Positions 25,496 through 40,037 of a DNA stretch of 40,037 nt are shown in pieces. The DNA is from Collodictyon triciliatum (lineage: Eukaryota): the NCBI GenBank assembly GCA_043381765.1, contig JBHJMP010000335.1, forward strand, positions 1 to 40,037, written 5' to 3'. The notes below the pieces were generated by a model. It was not told the origin of the DNA, did no database searches, and worked only from the letters and a program-made list of their open reading frames with translations. The position numbers and the translations under genes are program-made. Each line of letters begins with the position of its first letter. Position 1 is the stretch's first letter.

Positions 25496-27316
25496 ATGAA
25501 CCCACCCGCGAGCGGCCCGGCGTCCGAGAAGGAGCAGCACCTCTACAAAGTCGTCTTTCTTGGTGACTATGCCTGCGGGAAGACTTCGCTGATCAGGCGC
25601 TACGTCGAGGGCNNNNNNNNNNNNNNNNNNNNNNNNNNNNNNNNNNNNNNNNNNNNNNNNNNNNNNNNNNNNNNNNNNNNNNNNNNNNNNNNNNNNNNNN
25701 NNNNNNNNNNNNNNNNNNNNNNNNNNNNNNNNNNNNNNNNNNNNNNNNNNNNNNNNNNNNNNNNNNNNNNNNNNNNNNNNNNNNNNNNNNNNNNNNNNNN
25801 NNNNNNNNNNNNNNNNNNNNNNNNNNNNNNNNNNNNNNNNNNNNNNNNNNNNNNNNNNNNNNNNNNNNNNNNNNNNNNNNNNNNNNNNNNNNNNNNNNNN
25901 NNNNNNNNNNNNNNNNNNNNNNNNNNNNNNNNNNNNNNNNNNNNNNNNNNNNNNNNNNNNNNNNNNNNNNNNNNNNNCTTTGCTCGGTTTCGAATGAATA
26001 TGTTGTAGGTGTTGACTTTGCCGTGAAAAACATGGAGTGGAACGATCAGACTTCAGTCAGTCTCCAAGTAAGTACACCTCATCGTCCAAGTAGAGCTAGT
26101 AATGCCTTGGTTCTTTTACATAATCCCTTTGCATCCCAAGAATTTTTTCATTCCCTCGTTCCCTTCAAAAAGAAAAAGAAAGAGAGAGAAACATATCCTT
26201 ATTTATTTAATATACTTATCACATGATCTTTCATTTTTCATCTTAGCTTTGGGATGTAGCTGGCCACGAGAGATTTGGTTGTATGACATCTGTTTACTAC
26301 AAGTATGCCATAGCTGCTGTCATAGGTATTTTGTTTTTGTTTTTGTTTTTCTTCGAGAAAAGTTTAGCTTGTAAAGATCCTTCGATTCTTTTTCACGTTC
26401 ATTCGCTGTTTCCAATAAGTCAAATTGGCTCTTGCTTGAAAGTCCTTGAAATATTTTTAATATTATTTTTCCACCTATAACGTCACTTTCTAAACATTTT
26501 ATTTAACAGTGTATGACCTCTCTAGACCTGCCACATTCGATGCTGTCACGAAAGTAATCCCAATCACACACATACAAAACATAGCCTTGGATTATTCCGC
26601 AACATAGTGTTAAGCAGCAAAAGATTGGTTTCATTCATCAAGAGTTGTCCAAAACTTCGTCAACAATAACAAAATAATCATATCATAGTGGCGTGAGGAC
26701 CTTAACAGCAAGGTTGTTCTATCTAATGATGAGCCCATCCCTGTTCTGCTTTTGGCAAACAAGGTTTGTCTTTTGCTCATATTTCATCTCCAAAAGTAAT
26801 ATCAATCTTTTTCCCTATTATTATCAATACGTTGTCATCGACTACACATATTATTCAGTGTGATATTCCAAATTCACCAATCGACGAGGAAATGTTGAAT
26901 CAATTCGTCGCAGAGAATGGATTCGTTGGTTGGTTCCCGACGTCAGCAAAGGACAACCTCAACATAGGTAATTCCACTGTGTCTACTTAATTTTTGTAGC
27001 TGCTCTTTTTTTCCTCTTGTTTTTTTAATTACTATGTTTCCCGTTCAAAGAGTTTTTTTTTTTATCACATACTCCTTCTTTATATAGTGCATTTCTTTTC
27101 TGTGTTCCTAATAGAGGAATCCAAAAGAATGGAGAACAATAATCCAGGTGCTGATGCTTTGATGTCCTCCCTTTAGACAAAGCTATGAGTTTCTTGGTGG
27201 AGAAAATCCTCGTTGTTGCCAAGCAAAACATAGTTGAGCAGCCCAAAGACACTGCAGACCTTGTCAGCACCCCGAACGCGGAAGAAAACAAGGGAGGCAA
27301 TAGCAGCTGCTGTTAA
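25496..27316 (+). CDS. Rab32/38-family small GTPase (Rab32B-like), multi-exon, spans a gap
   Basis: HLYKVVFLGDYACGKTS, GVDFAVK, LWDVAGHERFGCMTSVYYKYA, IPVLLLANKCD, GWFPTSAKDNLNI and a C-terminal CC prenylation motif. W..DL.SKV.L...PIP and TSAKDN are Rab32/38 features. Confidence 0.92.
25613..25977. other. assembly gap (N run) inside the Rab gene
   Basis: Run of N. Confidence 1.
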
Positions 27317-28038
27317 AACAAATGTCAAAAAGAAGAGAGAGAGAGAGAGAGAAAAAAAAGCAGACTTTGAATCACATTTTTTTTCTTCGACTTCTTTATC
27401 AGAATTGCTAGTTGTTTCTCAATCTTTTCCAAACTCATGAAAAAAATGAAGAAAAAAAAAAAAGAATGAGACCGGAACGAGAACAATTCAGCAAACAAAA
27501 GCATGTTGACACACAGAAAAAGAAAAGACTTACTTCTTGGCTTGTTTATTCCAAATATCTTCTACCCTTCATTCCTTAACCCCCTTCATCCATATCCCTC
27601 GCCTATCTCACAAAAAAGAAAGAAAGAAAAAACAGAGGAATCAATCTGCTTATGAAAACCTAACGCTTTAATCAACCCTCTACAGACGTTCCCAACAACT
27701 CATTTTAAAATAAAGAGACACAATTAAGAAGTTCACTCTATATTTCATTTCTATCTCAAGAAGGGGAAACAAAACCAACCGTTCATATTAACATTGTCGC
27801 GGCTCGACAGCAGCGTGCTTGTTGACCTAGGAAGATGACTAACTGTGCAATTTTTATATTGCAAAACCACATCAAATCCACATCACTAGTGTTTCTTTAC
27901 GGATGTGAGTATGTTAGTTGGTGCTGTAGAAGCGCTTGCTATACATATGCTCTACCCTTCGAGCTTTGTGGAGACGCATTCATTTGGTTTAGCCCATGGC
28001 ACCATCGATTATATTTTATTACGACGAGGAGGAATCGG

Positions 28039-29970
28039 TCATTTTCGTGTCAGAACCATCACCCGAATATCTTCACAGCGAAAGACAGGATCGAGTTTAT
28101 CCAAAGACATCTGTGAAAATCCGGAGGCAATATGTGAAATGCATTTGGGGTATATAAAGTTTAGGAAGGAAAACAGAGTCAACAATGATCTATTTATCGA
28201 ATTGAGTCACTAAATCGCTCACAAATGAATGATATACAACTCTTAAAGGAAATCGAATGATTATATCTAAAATAAACCTGGACGATTTCAAACTGTTCTG
28301 CCATTGGCTTAAAAAAGACTTCATCTTCGATTGAGCCGCGCATTTCATGGGCCAGTATAATCTATCAAAGACAATGCCTTTAACAAAAAGAACAATTATT
28401 ATTTGGGGTTTGGGTAGTGAGGTCACACATTATAGGTGGCATTAGATGGGCTTGTTCTTACTTTTGTGTTTGGCTTTGCGAGGTCAATGAGAGACTTCTT
28501 TAGCAACTCGATGCTCATTTTATGATAGGTTACATCTGCCCCAATAATAACGTCGATAGGCTGAGGAAATTCAGAGATATCTTCACCCCTTTTATTTTCA
28601 CGAAGTGTGCAATATGATTAAAAGTTTTGAACCGCACAGTATGCATATTAATTTTGCTGTATATATATGTATTTGAGCCGTTATTTGCTTATTTTCAGGA
28701 TGTAAAGCATATACCAGAAAAGTGTCTTTGGAATGACATTTGAACCCTCCTTACAGTGTTCACGGACGTTTTGAGAGAGGAGAGGAATCATCTCCGATAA
28801 ATCCGTCAATATGATTTCGTGGTCTGGATACCATTGAGTCAGTTAAATTGTAGTAAAAAACTGGCTTTTTATTTTTTTATTGTTACTAATATATTTGAGA
28901 ATAAAACAATATTATTAAACTTAGAAATAGAGATAATGATGAGGAATGTTATATTTTTAAAAGAATTAAATTAGGGAACATATATGGGCTATTCTTGGTA
29001 TTGTATCAATTTACCGGCGCCTAATAAGTGAGATAGGACAATCCCAACCAACCCGCAACCACTTCCAAGTTCAAGTATTCTCCTTTGACCTCTTATTTTT
29101 AGGATATTGTTTGTGATATGAGTTGATTATCTGTCTAAAATAATGTTATTGAACCAGCCATAATTTGGCTTCATGAACCAAAGATGAATGACTTACTGAA
29201 AAATATCCAGATTATGTTCGAGAAACTTTGCTAAAACAACTGCCTAAATTATGTTCAACATATTTACAGATTACTTATTCTCGATATGAACGTTTTGTTC
29301 CGTGACACAATTATTTTTTTAAAAAAAGTACTATGATTCAAATGTAGATTTCTAATAAAAAAAAAACACTCGCAAATGTGTTTCATAGAACCAGTATTCA
29401 AGTATTTACACTGTCCCAAACTGTTCCGCCCGAGTATCCAGCCAGAGTTTGATGGAGTGATGGCTTTTGACATATCTTAATTTTATCTCCGTCTTTGGTT
29501 TCATATCGATAAAAGTCTTGCCCCATCCTCGACCGTCGAATCCACCGCTGGTGGCATGATTTGATTATAGGGTATGAAAAATAATGATAGGAATGATAGG
29601 AATGATAGGAATGATAGGAATGATAGGAATGATAGGAATGATAGGAATGATAGAAATGATAGGAATGATAGGAATGATGGGAATGATGGGAATGATAGGA
29701 ATCGGCAAAAGAATGTAAGAGAAGATTTATAATAGACGGAACCTTGCTTGTCAAACCATGACGCCTAGACTCCACCACAGTCTCCTGGAAAGTGTCTAGG
29801 TCCTGCTTCGGCTATGATCCCACAAGCCATGAAAACGCAGCCACACAAAACAAAACAAAAAAAAAAAAACAGAGTTCGGAAGAGCACCAGTCCTTTATCT
29901 TATGAGGCGAGAAAGAGCAAAGCGAAGCAATCAATCGAAGAAAACAACAAACCCATAAGGTGGCCTCCAT
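28039..29970 (-). CDS. METTL21-type (Methyltransf_16) protein lysine methyltransferase (multi-exon)
   Basis: Exons give SGGTVWDSAVVLAKFL, RILELGSGCGLVGI, IILTDLSEMIPLLSQNV, LFWGE and DVIIGADVTY (DxxY motif). The first exon (MEATLW) is tentative. Confidence 0.88.
29585..29703. repeat. (TGATAGGAA)n intronic tandem repeat
   Basis: About 13 near-perfect 9-mer copies. Confidence 0.95.
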
Positions 29971-30277
29971 CGCCTAATGACTAAAGACAAGCCTTAAAGC
30001 GATCGCGTGTTCCTTATCTCTTACCTAGCTTTAGTTTACATATATAAAGGGCGCTCTGGCTCTACCTGAGTCTTGGTCGTCGAACAACAAACGCAAGGAA
30101 CATGAATGCGAAGGCAACTTAAACACCCGCGTTTGACAGGAGACATACATAAATGCGACATCATTTCCTTCTTCATGTGCTTATAAACCCTCAGGCCTAT
30201 CAAGGCGTAAAGAGAAGCAAAGATACCCAAGAAAGCAGCCTAATGACAGAATTACTTTTTATGAGCACAGACTTCAT

Positions 30278-32577
<2,300 letters not shown>

Positions 32578-32934
32578 TGCGTGTCGGTCAAGCGCTAACC
32601 TGTTCTCTGTTAGGCTTTCCGTTCTTTTACAGAAGAGAAAAAAAGAAAGAGGGCAGCAGAAGGAACGCAAAAGGCTCTCATGTGGCTGCGCACCCGGGCT
32701 AAAAAGTACTTGGGCCGGGCTTGGCTGGTGCTTGTTGTTCCGTTCTGCCAAGGGTTGCTTCTCGGCCTGCTTGAGCAACTAGTGCAGAGTGCGACTCCAC
32801 TGATCCAGAGCAAGTTTGCTCTCTTGTAAAGGGAAGTTGCGCAGCCCAGTCTCGATCGCTTGGGACTCAAAGAGAGGCGCTCTTGACAAAGTGCCGTCGA
32901 GTTAGTCTGTCTTCGCTTGGCGTGCGCCCTGGGT

Positions 32935-33525
32935 TTATTGGACCGGTCGCTTCTTCTTTGCTTTTGGGGTTGGTGACTCGGAGGCGCTGGGGTTCTGCTG
33001 GGCATTTGCACCTTCGTCGCCGCTCTCTTCGCCGTCCTGCTCGATGTCATTATCGTGTGCAGCAGCCACTAAAGAGCGCATGGAAAAAAAAAAAAAAAAA
33101 GAAACAAGTCGAAACAAGAGAAAGAAAAGAAACAATAATAAGAGAAGAAGGCTTAGGTGAAGGAGTGAGCTTGCCTTGTGCAGTGTTACTTTGTAGTGGT
33201 GAAATGATTAAACGATTCTTTTGCCGGTCTTATTTTATTAATTGCCTTTTATTATATTTCTATCTTCCTATCTGTTTACCTCTTCATATCGGTTTTATTA
33301 TAGTTTTCATGTGAATGGCTTACGCGCAACCGCGGCGTCACCCATGGCGCTGTGAATCGCTTCAATGCTTATCCGCTTCATCTCCTTGAGCGCATCGATC
33401 AGCGGATCCTCCACTTGTTGGGAGTCGTGTCTTAATGTTGTTTGAGGCGCCGATCCTACCGCCACATGAACATCATTGCTCCAGCCCGAGCCCAGATTCC
33501 ACTTTGCCTCGAGATTGGCCATGGC
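32935..33525 (-). CDS. two spliceable exons: either the 3' tail of the PKD2-RyR gene or a small separate hypothetical gene
   Basis: AMANLEAKW...EAIHSAMGDAAVA joins in frame via GTAAG...TTTAG to LAAAHDNDIEQDGEESGDEG...KAKKKRPVQ*. No recognisable domain. Confidence 0.5.
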
Positions 33526-33811
33526 CTAACGCCTTCTTTGTGTGATCTGCTTCCTTGGTCTTTCGGGCGCCAGAGAAGCACGAGGAACATATGTCGGTGG
33601 CGTTTTGCTCTGTTTCAACTTAATATGTAACAGTAATGATTGTATTGCGTGGCATTTTCACTATTGAGAGTGTATTGTAGATATAAATGGAAGATATTTG
33701 AGATGTTTACTTTAATTTCCGCATATATATTGTGATACATATATTTTGGGACACCATTTTTTTCGGCAGATAGCCTCTTTCGTATAAATCATAAACGCAT
33801 CGTGATCATCA

Positions 33812-34005
33812 AACAAAAAACCAAAAAAACCAAAAAAACCAAAAAAACCAAAAAAACCAAAAAAACCAAAAAAACCAAAAAAACCAAAAAAACCAAAAAA
33901 ACCAANNNNNNNNNNNNNNNNNNNNNNNNNNNNNNNNNNNNNNNNNNNNNNNNNNNNNNNNNNNNNNNNNNNNNNNNNNNNNNNNNNNNNNNNNNNNNNN
34001 NNNNN

Positions 34006-34051
<46 letters not shown>

Positions 34052-34080
34052 AAAAAAACAAAAAAAAAACAAAAAAAAAC
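33812..34080. repeat. (CCAAAAAAA)n / poly-A repeat flanking a 100-N gap (33906-34005)
   Basis: Visible tandem repeat and N run. Confidence 0.95.
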
Positions 34081-34312
34081 AATATAGGAATAAAAACAAT
34101 TTAGATATTAATTAACCAATTCATGAAGTTGGCAAATCCATATTCAAATGCTTGCACACCATAGCAATGCCGCAATCCACTTTCCTGCTATCATAGGTAC
34201 TTGTTTCTCACGCATGTATAGGGGTGAAAAAAATGAAAAAAAAAAAAAAAGACGGAAGGCAAAACAGGTGTTTTTATTATTTTATTTTATCGAACGATAA
34301 GTCCGATGGTTT

Positions 34313-37300
34313 TCAGCTTTGTGGGATGTGGACCACATCAACCGCCACTAAGCTTTCGCCTTCTTCCTTGAGAAATGTGCCTCCAGCACGACTTGGTTGC
34401 CATGCAGCGCGCACCTTCTCTTGCTCGATGGTGAATCCCATTCTCACAAAGTAGTGCAAAACAGAAAGAGCTGAATCCCGATTCTTGCCCTTTAGTTTTC
34501 CAGGAAGTAGTTGATATGGAACTAGTTGTTCTAATTCATTGTTACCTTCATCTTCTCCATAGCTGTGCCCTTCTCCAAGTTTGGTCTTTGTTGAAAAGCA
34601 TGCAGCAGAAAAGATACACACAAAAAAAAAAAAAAAAAATTAGAAAGGAACAGTAGCAAACCATATGGCCTACAATCTCTTGTTTCACCCAGCTTCACAA
34701 TAAACTCATGTCAACTCAAATATGCATCTGGTGCGCACCTTACACCATTCGTCATGAATACACTCCGATAAGATCTCGAGCAATGGCAAGAAACTCTTAA
34801 TTTTAGGGTCTTTACACGATATTTTGGGTACCTCAGGATTGTAACGTGGAGGAAGCTTGCTCTAGTGACAAAAGGAGAGGAAAAATAAGAGATGAATTAA
34901 ATTCAAACGGAAGGATACTAAAACACATCATAATTCATGTTAATACATAATATTTCAATTTCGATGAATTTTTCACTTTGTATTCATCCATCGAAACGTA
35001 ATCAAATTTGAATCCATTGTTGGTATTAGGTCCTTTGATAGTATATCCCCATTGTAGAATCAAGGAAACAACCTAGTGGATGGCTCTGGTTGACTTTCTG
35101 TCGCAGTGTTATTTTATATTCACATTTTTTGTATGTTTTTTTTATATACTCACTACCTGTAAAGAAAAGATAATGAAAGTGAAAACAATTACGTAAAAGA
35201 AATGCGACTTACTTTTCTGGCAATATTTCGGTCACAACTTTTTTCCTTAGCACCCAAAGTCCAAAAAGGAGCGAGGTGAGGATGAATTTTGTTTGCGTGG
35301 TCCTTCATCTCTCCGTATCTGTATTATTAAAAGTTCGATAGGGTAAATTAAAAACATAAAGTAATCCAAAATAGCTTCTGAATTCTATATTCATTTGAAT
35401 AATCACGATTTATTCGTGTAAACAATATTAATATATTTATTTACTCATCAAATGATTTTCAAAGATGACAACATACCTCCAACCATCAAACAATTTTCTG
35501 TAGACCCACAAGTCATGAATACATTTTGCAATAGATTCTTGATGCTTATCGACTATGTGAACCATTTTATTAGATATTCCTTTTAATGACATCGGCTTGG
35601 GCCTAAAATTGGCAATAAGTTCCTCCTAGAAAAAATTTAATATAGTCATTACCCTTAAACACATAAGGATTGTATATCTCTGTAAAATTATAAATAAATA
35701 CCAGTGTTTTTTTCTGTTCAAAAAATCCAATGACAACGCAATAACTAATGATGCTAAAGTGTAAAACCTTGGTAACTTTCTTAACGCATGATGGCGGGAA
35801 GATACTCATAATTTTATCTACTTCACCTTGTAAATCACTATGTGTGTATATTCCCAATCTATCCGGGTGATTTTCTAAATGATCCCTATGAATATGTTCC
35901 CCGTTTTCGTTGAATTCATAAAAGAGAAAAAAAAAAGGATAAAAATACTAAGAAGCATACAAATTTTGACCTACTCATCTACTCTGAAAAAGGAATGAAA
36001 AACAAGAATAAAGCTTGCATTTGAATTTCCTTGACAAGTGATTCCCCTGTAATCATGATCATTTCCTGATCCTCATATTTGCTAGCATAATTAATCAACT
36101 CCATGACTGTAAACTTTGATATTTTTTCAGGTTCTTTCACCGCAAGTTCCTTTTTTTAAAATTACAAACGTATATATTAAAATCGATGTATGATTCATTT
36201 GTATTCTTAAGAAATTTATTCGCCTTTCTCGATTCTGACTTTTTCCAGTATTGTATGAAAAATGACGCCGAAATAAATAAATAAATAAATAAAATCAACT
36301 GACCTTCATGCTCTTCATAAATCTATCGTAAGCACTTGTCTTTCCTTTCTTTTGTACCAAAGATTCTCGAAATGAGTAATAGTTCTTCATACGAGTCAAA
36401 ATTCTTTTCACCTATTAGGTATAATAAAGAGATTAGGGAAAATTTGGAGGCACCGCGCCATACTTGAAAATTAATTTTCCACATGTTTGTTTACATACCT
36501 GGTCGTGAGTGGAAAACTTTGTGAGGGGCTCTACGACCATTCTGGACGCCCATAATGATTTGAGCCACACTCTCACAAGCTGATTAATTGTGATGGAGGA
36601 TAGATGAATGTACAAGTGATCGGCTAAAACGGCATCACTAATACTCTCACAAATCAACAGCATCGACTTTTCCGCAAGTTTTGCGATGTCAATTTTATGA
36701 CCCGATGCATTTTCAAATACCTGTAAAAAAATAAATAAATCCAATTTACAATCCTATCCATGCACTTTAACACAGGTTACATGATATAACTGTGTTTAAT
36801 TTTATCTTTGTAGATTCGATATATCATCGATGAATAAATCTATCAGATGAAAATAAAAAGTACGTCGGGTAATATTTGTTTATATTCGCGAGGGACCAAG
36901 CTCAATTGGTTTTTTGCATCGTTCGAAAAATGTAGTAAATAGGATTCTTTAAACAATTGAAACAAATATCTGTGGTCAATTATGTTTGACTTTACTACCA
37001 ACATCTATAATAATGGATGATTTTAGGAATGCAATATACACGTTATTCACGCCAAACAACCACAAATACATACCTTAAATCACTGTAAGGTGGTGTAATC
37101 CCACATCTTACATAAGGAGAGAAGAATGACATAAATATTGATTATAAACAACATATACTGTTAAAAGAAAACAGCTGCATTTACCTTTATGTTCTTTTCC
37201 ATAAGTATCTTCGCCAGATCGGCCTCCTCTTTAGACCCCTGGTCTGATGGTATTAGCACAATAAATTCTCCCTAATGAACCAGTATCGTCAAATAATTAC

Positions 37301-39945
37301 TACCAGAAAGTTTCCTTTGAATATATTAGATAAATTTAGAAATAAAACCTGGAGGATTGCTGCGGTACTTGAGCCTCTTGGAACACGGACATGAGGTAGA
37401 ATCCCTCGGACTTGCTTTTTTTTTTAAAAAAAAAACAAAAACAAAAAAAACCCCCATTATAAATGTAATATACTATTATTCAGTAGACTAAATCATGACC
37501 ATTAAAAAAAAAACTGGAAAACTATTATCAAGGAGAGGCAAGGGAAGGCGAACTGGCTAGTTGAAGATAAAATGGAAGATTAATTGGTTGGATTTCCGAT
37601 CAAGACCTGTATTAGATCATATTCTGTCTCATTCATAAACTTTTCCCTTTGCTCCCTTTCTTTATCCTTTGCCTCCTTTTTTGCTTCACTGTAGTACTCA
37701 TTCAAAATGGCGATGAACACATTCACTATTTTATATAATTGATAATGATAACCGGTTTAATTCTATTTGTTATAAGAAAGGATGAAATAAAGTAGTACGA
37801 AAAGAAAAAATTACCTAGGATCAAAATAATAAGGACTATGAAGCTTAGTTGAAAAAACGGCGCCAAGATGGGGTTTGATTGCTGAATTTTATCGTACTCT
37901 GAATCCCCAGAAAGAATCCGAAATGTGGATATGATGGAAGTAAGAAAGTCGTGAAATTCTTCTGTTTGAGATCCAAATAGAAAATATCTGGAAACGAGAA
38001 AAATTGTCAGCAGGCTTTTTTTTTCCCCCCTTGATGAATGATATGCTTTACCCTTGAAAAGAATACGATATGAATATGACGCTGAAGACAATCACAAATG
38101 CCAGTAACTCGCCCAAGGCAAGGTAAAGCGAGCGACCCAGGATATTCATATTGTTGCTCACACGAAAGAACTTAAAAATTTTTAAAAACGAAAGCATGCA
38201 CATAGTTCCTGCTATACTCTATAGTGGTTTATTTTCCTTAAATGTTTGAAATTCATTTTTATAGTTAACTGAAGTAAAAAAAAATCGTGGTTATTGTCTA
38301 TTACGAAAAAAAAAAGCAAACCTGGACGAGTATAAAAGTGATGGCTGAGGTTTGTACATCGATATATTTGTCATCGATATCATGTGTTGGTTTCTTTATC
38401 CATTCTTCAATGCGTTGAGATGAATGAACAAAAAAAGATATAACAGCTACCAACGCAATAAAAATCTAGGTTTTTTTTTTTTGAAATTTAATGTCTATTC
38501 AATAAACAATATTTTTCCTTTCCACTCAAGTGCATAATTTTTAAATCTTGAAATAAAAAAATCAACTATGAACGTCCCAATCTCAAAGAAAAACCAGCTG
38601 TCAATCGCTTCACTCCATCCCGTTCGTTTAACCTACCCATCCAATAGAATAAAGGGAAAAAAACTACTCATTCAATACTCAAACTTCGTGGTATATATAT
38701 GTTTTACTTAATTATGTAAATATATGTATTCTTACTTGTTCAAACTCAGAAACAAAGTAATACAATCCTATCAATACAAAGGCCAAAAAGTAACCAAAAA
38801 GGTTATTATTTGGGCTTTCATTAATCCTGTATTTTTTTAAGTAGGAATGACTTAATCCGTGAGACTGGGTAAAACATTTTATTTCCTTATTTCTTACAAG
38901 AATAGTGGATAGCTCATAATTCTTTCTGTTTGGATAATTAAATTTGACGGAGATATGTCAAAAACCTGCGTCATTAAGAAAAAATCAGTTGTGACTTTCT
39001 ACATACATATCGTTTCGTCCAAAATATAAAAGAATTACATATTCCACTGCAGTTATGAATCCTAGATCAAAATTTATGTATCCAAAATTGAGTGCTACAG
39101 CTCTTGTCGGGCGACCTATCCACTCATCGTTCTAATGTAAAAACAAAATATTAATTGCACTTAGAGATAGGTAAATCAAAGTTGGAAAATCAACCAAAAT
39201 TGGCAATATGGGATGACCACCTGAAGTTGCTCAACAAAGTAAGAAATGTTTCCTGGGTCTATAGGAACAATGATGGCGTACGCCGAATCACCGTAGCTAA
39301 GAATCGAGTCGATATACTGATCTCTTCCAAAAGTTAAAGATGCTACCAATGATGGGAGCCCATGTGAAAGCTTGTATTTTCTAATAATTTTTTCTATTAA
39401 AATAAAAAAAAAAACAAGAAAGAAAATAATATTTGGAAAGAAAAAAGAAAAACATACGATGGGTAATCAGGAGGTCCGAAAGGATTATCCTCCCTGTTTC
39501 TACCATTGTAAAATCCATAGCAAAGGTCATGATTGGTATTCAAATGACAGCTCTTTGGTTTCACTCGAATTTGTCTTAATAGTGGAGCACCGAACAACTT
39601 TAAATCACCCAAAGTCCGGTTATTGGTTAATACACCGTTTTTCAGAATGCTTTCCAGAAACTGTTTTACAGCGATGATTAGACAAGTATAATATGCATCG
39701 TAAAGGACGTATCATTTGGAAACTAGACAGCATGGCTACGTGTCTTATTAGTTAATATACATTAGATACTTGGAATATAAAGGAATTACCCCATAAATAT
39801 CAGCCTTGAATTATGGGTTTAAGTAATTACAATTAGTTTGAGAATTTTTTCAAAAAAATAATCAAGCTCTTTGCTCGCATAAGTTAGTAAGAAAAAACTC
39901 GTTCATTTTACCTGGTCCAATACCTCGGTGTATGGCGATATACCT
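34313..39945 (-). CDS. polycystin-2/TRPP-like cation channel with long cytosolic C-terminus containing two RyR repeats; 5'-partial, 3' end uncertain
   Basis: Polycystin (TOP) domain motifs LFGAPLLRQIRVKPKSC and EWIGRPTRAV. S4 FLKIFKFFRVSNNMNILGRSL. Pore YFLFGSQTEEFHDF...FRILSGD. S6 NPILAPFFQLSF...NVFIAILNEYY. RyR repeats at ~34420-35625. Confidence 0.88.
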
Positions 39946-39977
<32 letters not shown>

Positions 39978-40005
39978 CCATAATATAATTTTTTTTTTTT
40001 TTTTG

Positions 40006-40036
<31 letters not shown>

Positions 40037-40037
40037 A

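Noticed and set aside
29585-29703. Regular repeat as a CRISPR array or telomeric tract
   Set aside because: Head-to-tail 9-mers with no spacers, lying inside an intron of a eukaryotic gene.
32757-32768. GCTTCTCGGCCT matching the U2 snRNA 5' end
   Set aside because: Not followed by the branch-point pairing GTGTAGTA or an Sm site; chance 12-mer.

Overview
Gene-dense, intron-rich eukaryotic (protist-like) genomic DNA with the standard genetic code, short GT-AG introns, many microsatellites and three assembly gaps. By manually splicing exons I reconstruct about 11 genes: IWS1/SPN1 (-); a KH-like + WWE-like + NYN/PIN (Regnase/N4BP1-type) protein (+); a type II membrane glycosyltransferase (+); a talin-head-like/RhoGAP/SH3 protein (-); RRS1 (-); a nucleotide-sugar transporter (+); an MLKL-like helical bundle + pseudokinase + coiled-coil + WD40 protein (+); a Rab32-family GTPase (+); a METTL21-type methyltransferase (-); a type II gamma-like PI4-kinase (-); and a 5'-partial polycystin-2 (TRPP) channel with two ryanodine-receptor (RyR) repeats (-). 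The most interesting signals are three domain fusions: the MLKL-like pseudokinase with a GC-rich WD40 module, the KH-WWE-NYN protein, and the PKD2-RyR channel. All domain calls come from motif recognition by eye. No database searches were run, and exon boundaries are inferred.
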